From positions 1 through 50,122 of the forward strand of contig JANPDZ010000466.1 of NCBI GenBank assembly GCA_031431735.1: a DNA stretch of 50,122 nt, in the 5' to 3' direction. Origin of the DNA: Acidobacteriota bacterium. GTDB lineage: Bacteria > Acidobacteriota > Blastocatellia > Pyrinomonadales > Pyrinomonadaceae. Positions 7,966 to 16,435 of the stretch are shown here, piece by piece. Below the pieces are notes generated by a model. It ran no database searches, was not told the origin of the DNA, and saw only the letters and a list, made by a program, of their open reading frames with translations. The position numbers were made by a program, and so were the translations under genes. Position 1 is the first letter of the stretch. Each line of letters opens with the position of its first letter.

Positions 7966-9072
7966 ATGCAATTTTCATTTGATACAAACTTAAACAGAAT
8001 CGCCGAAAAGGTTGAAGCGGGGGACCGTTTGACCTTTGATGAAGGCATCGAATTATACAAAACCGACGATTTGAACGCGCTCGGTAAATTGGCGGATTCG
8101 GTTCGGCGCGCAAAACACGGAAAGACGACTTATTACAACGTCAACCGGCATTTTAATCACACGAATATCTGCGTTGCGGACTGCAAATTCTGCGGTTTTT
8201 ACCGCCGCGCTCGGCAGTCGGACGCTTATACGCATTCGATTGCGGAAGCGTTGGAGATTGCGGGAAACGCTGTCAAAGAAGGCGCGACCGAACTTCATAT
8301 TGTCGGCGGTTTGAACTCGAAATTGCCGTTTGAGTATTACATCGATTTGTTTTCGTCATTAAAACGCGAATTTCCGCGTCTGCATCTTAAAGCGTTGACG
8401 ATGGTCGAGCTAGATTTTATGGCGCGGTTTTATAAAATGTCGGACGAAGAAGTGATCGAACGCCTCAAAGCGGCGGGAATGGACAGTTGCCCGGGCGGCG
8501 GCGCGGAGATCTTTGCCGAACCGACGCGTTCGCGCATCTGCGACCATAAATGCGACGGAATGCGCTGGCTCGAACTCGCCGGAAAAGTCCACAAAGCGGG
8601 ACTTAAAACCAACGCGACGATGCTTTACGGACATATCGAAACGACCGAAGACCGCGTTGACCATTTTGTAAAACTGCGTGAACAGCAAGAAAAATCGGGC
8701 GGTTTTCAATGTTTTATTCCGCTCGCGTTTTATCCGGCGGGAACTGCGCTTTCATCACTTCCCGGACCGGACGCGATTGACAATCTGAAAACGATCGCCG
8801 TTTCGCGCCTGATGCTCGACAATTTCGACCATATCAAAGCGTATTGGGTAATGCTCGGCAAGGCGACGACACAAACCGCGCTTCATTTCGGCGCGAACGA
8901 CGTTGACGGCACGATTACCGACGGCGGCGAACTGACGCACGCTTATTCGGTCGAAGAAGGCGGCGAACAGAAAATGACGAAGGCTGAATTAATTACGATG
9001 ATCGAAAACGCCGGTTTTGAAGCGGTCGAGCGCGATACGGTTTACAATCGCGTCGAAAAGGTTGCGGCGTAA
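7966..9072 (+). CDS. radical-SAM enzyme of the futalosine menaquinone pathway (MqnE/MqnC family)
   Basis: [10 protein letters not shown] = CxxxCxxC radical-SAM cluster motif; ~368 aa with N-terminal GERLTFDEG-type region and [12 protein letters not shown] typical of MqnE/MqnC/CofH-like enzymes; cannot separate MqnE from MqnC by eye. Confidence 0.7.
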   Translation: MQFSFDTNLNRIAEKVEAGDRLTFDEGIELYKTDDLNALGKLADSVRRAKHGKTTYYNVNRHFNHTNICVADCKFCGFYRRARQSDAYTHSIAEALEIAGNAVKEGATELHIVGGLNSKLPFEYYIDLFSSLKREFPRLHLKALTMVELDFMARFYKMSDEEVIERLKAAGMDSCPGGGAEIFAEPTRSRICDHKCDGMRWLELAGKVHKAGLKTNATMLYGHIETTEDRVDHFVKLREQQEKSGGFQCFIPLAFYPAGTALSSLPGPDAIDNLKTIAVSRLMLDNFDHIKAYWVMLGKATTQTALHFGANDVDGTITDGGELTHAYSVEEGGEQKMTKAELITMIENAGFEAVERDTVYNRVEKVAA

Positions 9073-9087
9073 TTTGTAGAGAAAGAT

Positions 9088-9124
9088 AGCGCGATTCCGA
9101 AAACAAAATTAACGCCCGAAGAAT
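9088..9124 (+). repeat. direct-repeat copy of codons 2-14 of the Uma2 gene at 9783
   Basis: AGCGCGATTCCGAAAACAAAATTAACGCCCGAAGAAT versus 9786-9822 AGCGCGACTCCGAAAACAAAATTAACGCCCGAAGAAT (36 of 37). Confidence 0.85.
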
Positions 9125-9141
9125 TTTAGAGGAGAAGAAAG

Positions 9142-9777
9142 ATGCAGACAGTTTCAGAAAAAACTTACAGTAAAATTTTTGTTCCCAACAACTCCGGCGC
9201 ACTACGTTTCAAATTCGAGGCGAATAATAAACGGCTGAAATTCACCGATGATGAATTTTGGGAATTTTGCCGTCAAAACGATGAGATGCGAATTGAAATG
9301 ACCAAAGAAGGAGACGTAATAATTATGCCGCCGACGGGAAGCGAAACGGGCGAAAGAAACGCCGAAATTACGATGCAGTTAAGAATCTGGGCGAAAAAAG
9401 ACAAATGCGGCAAAAGTTACGATTCTTCAACCGGATTCAAACTGCCGAACGGCGCGACCGTTTCGCCGGATTCATCTTGGGTTTTAAATAAAAGACTGGA
9501 AAAATTTACCGCCAAACAGCGCGAAAAATTTCTGCCGCTGTGTCCCGATTTTGTTTTAGAATTGCGTTCCGCGTCAGACAGTCTGAAAATAGCGCAAAAT
9601 AAAATGCAGGAATACATCGAAAACGGCACGCGACTCGGTTGGCTGATTGATCCGAAAAATAAACGGGTTCACATTTACCGTGCAAACGGCGAAATCAAAA
9701 TCTTGGAAAATCCGGATAAAGTTTCGGGAGAAGATGTTTTGCCCGGGTTTGAATTGGATTTGACAGAGATTTGGTAA
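9142..9777 (+). CDS. Uma2-family (DUF820) putative endonuclease
   Basis: RBS GAGGAG; PDFVLELRSASDSL, GTRLGWLIDPKNKRVHIY; paralog of 1833 and 3239 genes. Confidence 0.75.
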   Translation: MQTVSEKTYSKIFVPNNSGALRFKFEANNKRLKFTDDEFWEFCRQNDEMRIEMTKEGDVIIMPPTGSETGERNAEITMQLRIWAKKDKCGKSYDSSTGFKLPNGATVSPDSSWVLNKRLEKFTAKQREKFLPLCPDFVLELRSASDSLKIAQNKMQEYIENGTRLGWLIDPKNKRVHIYRANGEIKILENPDKVSGEDVLPGFELDLTEIW

Positions 9778-9782
9778 AAATT

Positions 9783-10361
9783 ATGAGCGCGACTCCGAAA
9801 ACAAAATTAACGCCCGAAGAATATCTCGAATTTGAGCGAAAATCCGAGACGAAGCACGAATATTTTAACGGCGAAATCTTTGCGATGTCGGGCGCAAAGC
9901 GAAATCATAATGTCGTTGCGTGGAATATCGGCGGTGAGTTACGGCAAAAGTTGAAGGGCAAAAGTTGTGAAGCCTATCCGGCAAATATGCGCGTTTTTGT
10001 TCCGCAAACAGGACTTTACACTTATCCTGATTTGGTCATTGTTTGCGGTGAACCGCAGTTTCAGGACGATGTTTTCGACACTTTGCTCAATCCGATTTTA
10101 CTTATTGAAGTGCTTTCCGATTCGACCGAATCTTATGATCGCGGCAAAAAGTTTCAGCATTATCGAAGCATCGAGAGTTTGCAGGAATATGTTTTGGTCG
10201 CGCAGGACGAAGCGCGAATCGAAAAATATATCCGGCGCGGCGACGGCTTTTGGCTTTTATCGGAAGCGGTCGGTTTGGGTGCGGAAATCGAATTTTCTTC
10301 GGTCGAATGCCGCATTGCGCTGGCGGAAGTTTATGACAAGATAGATTTTGAAAATGAGTAA
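9783..10361 (+). CDS. Uma2-family (DUF820) putative endonuclease, second subtype
   Basis: LTPEEYLEFE..HEYFNGEI, YTYPDLVIVCG, NPILLIEVLSDSTESYDRGKKFQHYRSIESLQEYVLV are classic Uma2 blocks. Confidence 0.75.
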   Translation: MSATPKTKLTPEEYLEFERKSETKHEYFNGEIFAMSGAKRNHNVVAWNIGGELRQKLKGKSCEAYPANMRVFVPQTGLYTYPDLVIVCGEPQFQDDVFDTLLNPILLIEVLSDSTESYDRGKKFQHYRSIESLQEYVLVAQDEARIEKYIRRGDGFWLLSEAVGLGAEIEFSSVECRIALAEVYDKIDFENE

Positions 10362-10842
10362 TGCCCGCCAACATTTAATCCGCATTCTGCAAAATGCTCA
10401 CGCCGGCGAACTGGCGGCGGCTTTTGCTTATCGCGGACATTGGAAATCTTTGCGTGAATCGGCGGAAAAAACGCAAATAAAAAAGATTGAAGCGGAAGAA
10501 TGGGCGCATCGCGCGAATGTGCGAAAGTGGCTTGAGTATTTAGGCGCGAAGCCGCGTAGAATCAGAGAAGCCCTTTTTTGGACAATTGGCAAAACAATCG
10601 GCGTAGCGTGTTATATTTCGGGTTGGTTTTTCCCGATGTATTTTGCCGGCCGTCTTGAAAGCCAAAATGTTCAGGAATATGTAACGGCGGCTGAATTTGC
10701 GCGCGAATTGAAGATGCCGGATTGCGCCGAAGAATTGATGGAAATGTCGCTGACAGAACAAGAACACGAAGATTTTTTCAGGCAAACTGTCGCGAATCAT
10801 CGTCTTTTGCCAATTACGCGCAAGATATTTCGTTGGAGCTAA
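10354..10842 (+). CDS. ferritin-like di-iron protein (demethoxyubiquinone hydroxylase-like family)
   Basis: Two ExxH motifs (EAEEWAH, TEQEHEDFF) in a ~160-aa helical protein; start overlaps preceding stop. Confidence 0.5.
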   Translation: MSNARQHLIRILQNAHAGELAAAFAYRGHWKSLRESAEKTQIKKIEAEEWAHRANVRKWLEYLGAKPRRIREALFWTIGKTIGVACYISGWFFPMYFAGRLESQNVQEYVTAAEFARELKMPDCAEELMEMSLTEQEHEDFFRQTVANHRLLPITRKIFRWS

Positions 10843-10845
10843 TTT

Positions 10846-10879
10846 GATTTGAGATTTGGGATTGCGGATTTGGGATTTC
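10846..10879. repeat. tandem heptamer array, GATTGCG type (single arm)
   Basis: GATTTGA GATTTGG GATTGCG GATTTGG GATTTC immediately after stop of 10354..10842. Confidence 0.7.
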
Positions 10880-10913
10880 TTGTTTCTACTCGCTATAATT
10901 TTTTCCATTAGAC

Positions 10914-11084
10914 ATTATTTGAAATAAAGAAATTATCCACGAAGGGACACGAAGATTTCACGAAGGACAGAAAAAGTTGCGGATTAGTTAAAACTGAACC
11001 GACAAAGGGCGATAAATATTTCAAAAAAAGAAAAAATCTTCGTGTTTTCTTCGTGAAACTTCGTGGATAGTTATTTCAAATAAT
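10914..11084. repeat. long imperfect palindrome with CACGAAG-repeat arms
   Basis: ATTATTTGAAATAA / TTATTTCAAATAAT outer arms; inner ATCCACGAAGGGACACGAAGATTTCACGAAGG / CTTCGTGTTTTCTTCGTGAAACTTCGTGGAT. Confidence 0.65.
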
Positions 11085-11101
11085 CTCTATTAGAGCTCAT
11101 C

Positions 11102-11222
11102 GGAAATAAGAAAGATTTGCCCACGCGTACAGACGAAACCATCTAAAAGTGTTTTTGCTTTGCTTTAAATTTAGTGGTTTTCGTGTTTTTCGCAGGCAGA
11201 ATTTCTGCTCTATTTTATTTCC
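11102..11222. repeat. imperfect palindrome, TGCCCACG / CACGAAA type
   Basis: GGAAATAAGAAAGATTTGCCCACGCGTACAGACGAAACCA versus TGGTTTTCGTGTTTTTCGCAGGCAGAATTTCT..TTATTTCC; right arm nearly equals reverse complement of 19843-19862. Confidence 0.55.
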
Positions 11223-11246
11223 AACAATGTCTATTCCTGATTTTTA

Positions 11247-12167
11247 ATGCCGAAAAAAAAAAGTAACTTACAAAACAGATCAGAACTTTTCGCCGTGCGC
11301 TCGCTTTTGGGCGCGATCGGCGCGTTACCGCTCGAAACTTCAATGAGATTCGGGAAAGCGGTCGGCAAATTCCTTGCAAAACGATTTCCAAAATTACAAA
11401 AAACGGCGCGTCGTAATCTGGAAATTGCTTTGCCTGAGTTAACAGAAACCGAAAGAAAAAAAATTGTTCACGGCACATTTGAAAGTTTGGGCAGACATCT
11501 CGGTTTTGTTTCGCATTTCAGGAAATTCAAGCACGAAGACATTCGCGATCTGATCGAAGTTGTCGGCAAAGAACATTTTGACAAGGCGCATGAAACAGGT
11601 CGCGGAATTTTGTTTTTCACGGGACATTTCGGCAGTTGGGAAGTTTTTAATCTGCTGCCGCCGGCATTCGGTTACGGAATGAATATTCTTGTGCGCCGGA
11701 TTGATAATCCGCTTGTGGAAAACTTTGTGGATAAAATGCGAACTCGTTTCGGATCAGTTACTTTGGATAAAACAAAATCAACGCGGACGATGTTTCGCGC
11801 ACTCGAAAACGGCGAACTTCTCGGTATTCTGGCGGATCTGAATGTGCAGGAAAAAGAAGGCGTGTTCGTCGATTTTTTCGGCGTCCTGGCTTCAACTACC
11901 TTGAGCATTGCCAAATTAGCGATCAAAACCGACGCGGTCGTGCTTCCGGCGTTTGCTGTCTGGGAAGAATCGAAAAAGAAATACGTCGTTTATCTCGAAC
12001 CGCCGATTGAATATTCGAAAGGCGACAATTCGCCTGAAAACATCCTCGAACTGACGCAAAAAATCACAAACACGGTCGAAAAATACGTCCGCCGTTATCC
12101 CGAACAATGGCTCTGGATCCACAAACGATGGAATACGCGCCCGCCGGGCGAAGCAAACCTCTACTGA
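11247..12167 (+). CDS. lipid A biosynthesis (LpxL/HtrB-type) lysophospholipid acyltransferase
   Basis: FFTGHFGSWE (HX4-acidic motif), C-terminal RYPEQWLWIHKRW typical of the Kdo2-lipid IVA acyltransferase family. Confidence 0.7.
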   Translation: MPKKKSNLQNRSELFAVRSLLGAIGALPLETSMRFGKAVGKFLAKRFPKLQKTARRNLEIALPELTETERKKIVHGTFESLGRHLGFVSHFRKFKHEDIRDLIEVVGKEHFDKAHETGRGILFFTGHFGSWEVFNLLPPAFGYGMNILVRRIDNPLVENFVDKMRTRFGSVTLDKTKSTRTMFRALENGELLGILADLNVQEKEGVFVDFFGVLASTTLSIAKLAIKTDAVVLPAFAVWEESKKKYVVYLEPPIEYSKGDNSPENILELTQKITNTVEKYVRRYPEQWLWIHKRWNTRPPGEANLY

Positions 12168-12317
12168 TTGCGGATTGCGGATTTCGGATTGCGGATTTAT
12201 TTTTTAACGAATTCGAATCTTTCCGTGCCAATCTAACCAATCCGCAATCCCCAATCCACAATCCACAATCGAATGGATTTAACCAATCCGAGATCCGCAA
12301 TCCCCAATCCGAGATCG
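12166..12317. repeat. GATTGCG-type heptamer hairpin plus duplicated right arm
   Basis: GATTGCGGATTGCGGATTTCGGATTGCGGATTT (12166-12198) opposed by AACCAATCCGCAATCCCCAATCCACAATCCACAATCG (12236-12272) and a second block AACCAATCCGAGATCCGCAATCCCCAATCCGAGATCG (12281-12317). Confidence 0.75.
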
Positions 12318-13265
12318 TATGAACCAATCAGTAAATTTCGGAATTCCCTGTTCGATCTTCGTTTGCGGATTGTAGCCCAAAAGTTCCCGCGCTTTGGAAA
12401 TATCGGCAAAGGTTAGCGGAACGTCGCCGGGCTGCATCGGGCGGCGTTCGATGATCGCTTTTTTGCCGATGTTTCGTTCGATCAGCTCGATCAAATCATT
12501 CAATTCAATCGTCTGCGATTCGCCGAGATTGAAAATCTCGTAATTCGATTTGTCGTAATCAATCGCGGCGCGCACGCCTTGAATGATGTCGTCAACAAAC
12601 GTGTAATCGCGCCGCGTCGTGCCGTCGCCAAAAACAGGAATCGGTTTTTCTTCCGAAATCAGGCGCGAAAATTTGTGAATTGCCAGATCGGGACGCTGAC
12701 GCGCACCGTAAACCGTGAAAAAACGAAGGCAAACTGTCCGAATGTCGTAAAGATGCGAAAACGTGTGACAAAGCAGTTCGCCCGCCGCTTTGGTTGCGGC
12801 ATATGGTGAAATCGGTTTCGAGACTTTATCTTCTTCCGAGAAAGGAATTTTGCAATTTATCCCGTAAACCGAGCTTGACGAACCGAAAACAAATTGTTTG
12901 ACGCCGAAATCTTTCGCCAGTTCAAGCAGATTCAAAGTGCCGTTGACGTTGACCTGCGCGTAAAGTTTCGGATTCAGCAAGCTAGGGCGCACGCCCGCCC
13001 ACGCCGCGAGATGGACGATTGCGTCAAAAGAGTTTTCCGCGAAAATCCCGCGCAAAGTTTCCGGACAGCAAATATCGGCTTCGTAAAGCTGAAAACGCGG
13101 ATTATCCAGATGCGCGGCGATATTGGCGCGTTTGATTTCGGGCGCGTAAAAATTGTTAAAATTATCGACAACCGACACCTGCCAGCCGTTTTCAGCCAAC
13201 AATTTATCAACCAAATGCGAACCGATAAAGCCCGCGCCGCCTGTTACTAAAATTTTTTTATTCAC
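12279..13265 (-). CDS. NAD-dependent sugar-nucleotide epimerase/dehydratase (SDR family)
   Basis: [13 protein letters not shown] Rossmann motif, YAATKAAGE (YxxxK); last ~12 codons lie in the heptamer repeat. Confidence 0.8.
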   Translation of the reverse strand: MNKKILVTGGAGFIGSHLVDKLLAENGWQVSVVDNFNNFYAPEIKRANIAAHLDNPRFQLYEADICCPETLRGIFAENSFDAIVHLAAWAGVRPSLLNPKLYAQVNVNGTLNLLELAKDFGVKQFVFGSSSSVYGINCKIPFSEEDKVSKPISPYAATKAAGELLCHTFSHLYDIRTVCLRFFTVYGARQRPDLAIHKFSRLISEEKPIPVFGDGTTRRDYTFVDDIIQGVRAAIDYDKSNYEIFNLGESQTIELNDLIELIERNIGKKAIIERRPMQPGDVPLTFADISKARELLGYNPQTKIEQGIPKFTDWFIRSRIGDCGSRIG

Positions 13266-13348
13266 TTGCTTTTATTAAAATCGGATGGCAAAAACCAAAT
13301 CTTAAACTCAAGAAAAATAACACGGTTTTGATGATTTTGGCAAAAACA

Positions 13349-14200
13349 TTAATTCAAAAATCTCTGGCGTGCGTGAAACCGATGAACGAGTTCTTCGAGA
13401 AAACCTTCATAAGTAAAGGCTTGCAAATCATAGTTCGGCTTGATTTTATACATTATCGGCAGGGCGACGCGCCACGCCATCCAAAGCCGCTGGCGGTCAT
13501 TCAGGTCCCAACGCCGCCGCAGAAAAGTTTCAACGACCTCGATTTCGCCCTCGGTCAATAGATTTACATCCGCCTGAAAATCCGTCCGCTTTTGCACGCG
13601 CCGAAATGCGGCATCACTGATCTGATTGGAAAAAGTTTCGGCAAAGGTCGGGGCTTCGTCGGTGCGTTCGCGAATCACGACCGTTCCCGCAAACATATCG
13701 CCGATGCGCTGGTCGCGGTTGTTCATAAAGATCGAAACCAGTCCGATCGAATAGATCGGGATAAAAAATCCCGGTATCGCATCAAAAATCCGTAACAGAT
13801 TTCGCGCGATCGCTTCCCAGAGCGTGATCGGACGACCGTCTTCGCGAATCACGCGCAACTTCATCAGACGCTTGCCCGGCGTTTGCCCGTTCCAAAGCCA
13901 TTCAAAAAAGATGAAATATCCCGCAAAAAGCAGAAAAAGAATAATTATCATCAAGGCGAGTGTCCATTTTGACATTTCCCCGAAAAACCCCGCCGCCGAT
14001 TGCGATTCTGTCAGAGTTTTCCCTGCTCCTGTCCAACTAAAAAACGCCCAAACAACGATAAAAATTGACAGATATTGAATAAAGTGATCAATTGCCACTG
14101 CCAGAAAACGATTGCCGATCGAAGCCAGCGCAAAAGCGAGCGGCACACGTTCGGGCGTTTCGATGATCAAGGTTTCTTCGGTTTCGATGATATGCGCCAT
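13349..14200 (-). CDS. RDD-family membrane protein
   Basis: N-terminal TM region with GQTPGKRLMKLRVIREDGRPIT (RDD-domain signature) and further TM helices. Confidence 0.65.
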   Translation of the reverse strand: MAHIIETEETLIIETPERVPLAFALASIGNRFLAVAIDHFIQYLSIFIVVWAFFSWTGAGKTLTESQSAAGFFGEMSKWTLALMIIILFLLFAGYFIFFEWLWNGQTPGKRLMKLRVIREDGRPITLWEAIARNLLRIFDAIPGFFIPIYSIGLVSIFMNNRDQRIGDMFAGTVVIRERTDEAPTFAETFSNQISDAAFRRVQKRTDFQADVNLLTEGEIEVVETFLRRRWDLNDRQRLWMAWRVALPIMYKIKPNYDLQAFTYEGFLEELVHRFHARQRFLN

Positions 14201-14221
14201 TTGGTTTGATTATAATGAATT

Positions 14222-15361
14222 TTATCTTTTCCGCGAAATTTTTTGCTTCAGTTTGATAATTTTTTCTTTCAGACGACGAAAAGACATTTTTCCGTAGCGG
14301 TTTTCCTTCAAGGCAATCTCGATAAGTTCGTGCGCTTCATCGTTTTCGGCGGCGTCCGCGACAGGTTTCGATTGCTCGGCGGTTGCGTCTTTTTCATAGC
14401 TCAGATTAACAAAGACTGGAAAATGGTCAGAACCGCACGCGTTTCCAACCACCTGCAAATCAATCAGGCGAAAATGATGCGAATGAAAAATATGATCGAG
14501 CGGAAGCCGAAAAAACGGATAATCCGCGTGAAAAGTGTTATAAAAGCCGCGCCCGACCCGCGGGTCGAGCAATCCGCTGATTCTTTTAAAAAGCCGCGTC
14601 GTGTAAGACCACGCCGCGTCGTTCAAATCGCCTGCGACAATAACGGGCAGATTCGATTCACGCACCGCTTTGCCGACCAGCAGAAGTTCGCCGTCGCGTT
14701 CAATCGAACGTCCGCGTTCTTCCGGAACAGGCGGACGCGGATGAATGCCGTGCAGCGCGATCGAATCGCCCGACGGCAATGTGATCTGCGTGTGAATCGA
14801 AGGAATATCGTCCTGAATCAAAAATTGAATCTCCGTGTCGTGAAGCGGAAACCGCGAAAAAAGCATCATTCCGTAATGATTTTCAAGCGTGTACGCGACC
14901 AGATTCGGATATTTTTCCTTGAGCGGCGCGAGTTTCTGCGCCCATAGATCGTTCGGTTCAGCTAACAAAACGATGTCTGGATCGAGGTTTTCGACAAGTT
15001 TCAAGACGCGCTCAAACTGTTGATTCTCCATCAAAACGTTAAAGACCAAAAGACTCAGATTCGTGTCGCCTTGATCCTGCGCCCGTGCCATTTGAACTTC
15101 CTGACGATGAAAAACCGTGAACGGCAAAATCGCACGAATCTGATAAAAAATGCAAAGAATCAGCGCAAAAGCGAAAATATCATCAACCGGATCTTTGTAG
15201 TCAAACCCGAAAAAGAGCAACGCAAGCGAAAAGACAAGCAAAAACATTACTTGCAGACGCGGAAAGTCGCCCAATCTGATAAACCAATTCGCACTTTTGA
15301 TAAAAGGCTTCACGGTTAAAACAATTGCCAGAATTCCGATGCTGATCGCCAACCATTTCAT
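14222..15361 (-). CDS. membrane-anchored endonuclease/exonuclease/phosphatase (EEP) family protein
   Basis: N-terminal TM helices; EEP blocks LLVFNVLMEN, VIVAGDLND, GSDHFPV. Confidence 0.7.
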   Translation of the reverse strand: MKWLAISIGILAIVLTVKPFIKSANWFIRLGDFPRLQVMFLLVFSLALLFFGFDYKDPVDDIFAFALILCIFYQIRAILPFTVFHRQEVQMARAQDQGDTNLSLLVFNVLMENQQFERVLKLVENLDPDIVLLAEPNDLWAQKLAPLKEKYPNLVAYTLENHYGMMLFSRFPLHDTEIQFLIQDDIPSIHTQITLPSGDSIALHGIHPRPPVPEERGRSIERDGELLLVGKAVRESNLPVIVAGDLNDAAWSYTTRLFKRISGLLDPRVGRGFYNTFHADYPFFRLPLDHIFHSHHFRLIDLQVVGNACGSDHFPVFVNLSYEKDATAEQSKPVADAAENDEAHELIEIALKENRYGKMSFRRLKEKIIKLKQKISRKR

Positions 15362-15367
15362 TCGTTT

Positions 15368-16429
15368 CTAAGCCGGTTCTTGCTGCGTCAAACAATGCAG
15401 AGTTCCCAAACCCCACACAAGGTCAACCGCGTGAATGCCGACAACGGAGCGCGTCGGGAAAAATTCGGCTAAAATTCCGAGCGCGATTCGATCGTTTTCG
15501 TCGTTAAATGTCGGAACTAAAACACTTTTATTCGCAATGTAAAAATTCGCATAGCTTGCCGGAAGTCTTTGTCCGGCAAAAATAAGCGGCGCGGGCATCG
15601 GCAATCGGACGACTTCCGGTTTCTTTCCGTTTTCCAACCTAAAACCTTCAAGCCGTTCGCGGTTTTCTTCCAAAATTTTATGATTCGCGTCAGACGGATT
15701 CTTTTCTTCTGCCAAAATAATTGTGTTTTTATTAACAAATCGGCAGAAATCGTCAACGTGTCCGTGCGTGTCGTCGCCGACGATTCCTTTATTTAGCCAC
15801 AGAACATTCGACGCGCCGAGTTTTTCACGGAAAACCTGTTCAATATCTTCGCGCGAAAGATGCGGATTACGCGTTTGAGTTTTGTAATCGAGAAGGCATT
15901 CTTCGGTCGAAAGAAGCGTTCCCGCGCCGTTGACATCAATCGCGCCGCCTTCTAAAACGACTTCTTCGCCTTTGTATTCGACTTTAAAAACTTTTCGTTT
16001 CGCGCCTTTTGCAAACTCCAAAGCGACTTTATTGTCGAGCTTCCAATCGTCGTATTTCGCCCACGCATTGAACTTAAACTTGATAACCGCAGTTTCGCCG
16101 GTTTGCTCATTCTTAACAAACATCGGTCCCGAATCGCGCATCCAGCCGCGATCATGCGGAATTTGGTAAAACTCAATTCTACCAAAATCAACGCCGACTT
16201 TCGTTAAAATGCTTCGTGCTTTCGCTTCGTGTTTTTCGTTCTGCACAAGGATACAAACCGTTTCCGATTCCGCAAGTTTGCGCGTAATTTCGCCATACAC
16301 CCAATGAATCGGCGCGATCTTGCCCGGAAAATCGTTTTTGTTATAACACCAGCCAATCCACGTGGCGCGATGCGTTTCCCATTCGGCGGGCATTTTGAAA
16401 CCTGCTTCAAGCGGAGTTTGTTTCGGCAT
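15368..16429 (-). CDS. aguA: agmatine deiminase
   Basis: MPAEWE.H N-terminal motif, catalytic Cys block GLGTLHCLTQQEP; start set at MPKQTPLEAGFKMPAEWE, since the longer ORF-track N-terminus is translated repeat. Confidence 0.85.
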   Translation of the reverse strand: MPKQTPLEAGFKMPAEWETHRATWIGWCYNKNDFPGKIAPIHWVYGEITRKLAESETVCILVQNEKHEAKARSILTKVGVDFGRIEFYQIPHDRGWMRDSGPMFVKNEQTGETAVIKFKFNAWAKYDDWKLDNKVALEFAKGAKRKVFKVEYKGEEVVLEGGAIDVNGAGTLLSTEECLLDYKTQTRNPHLSREDIEQVFREKLGASNVLWLNKGIVGDDTHGHVDDFCRFVNKNTIILAEEKNPSDANHKILEENRERLEGFRLENGKKPEVVRLPMPAPLIFAGQRLPASYANFYIANKSVLVPTFNDENDRIALGILAEFFPTRSVVGIHAVDLVWGLGTLHCLTQQEPA

Positions 16430-16435
16430 AAATTT

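Noticed and set aside
5229-8030. Classical integron or prophage/integrative-island explanation for the cassette stack
   Set aside because: No integrase, attC-like imperfect palindromes, tRNA target or phage genes are visible in or near the region. The repeats are gene-start relics, not att-like cores I can recognise. A recombinase encoded elsewhere cannot be excluded.
14243-14947. Long antisense or alternative-frame ORFs inside real genes (14243..14947, 44140..44802, 30191..30898, 3139..3759, 21973..22473, 46217..46579 and others)
   Set aside because: They are Arg/Ser-rich, low-complexity translations that fully overlap CDSs with strong family motifs on the other strand or frame. They are typical shadow ORFs.
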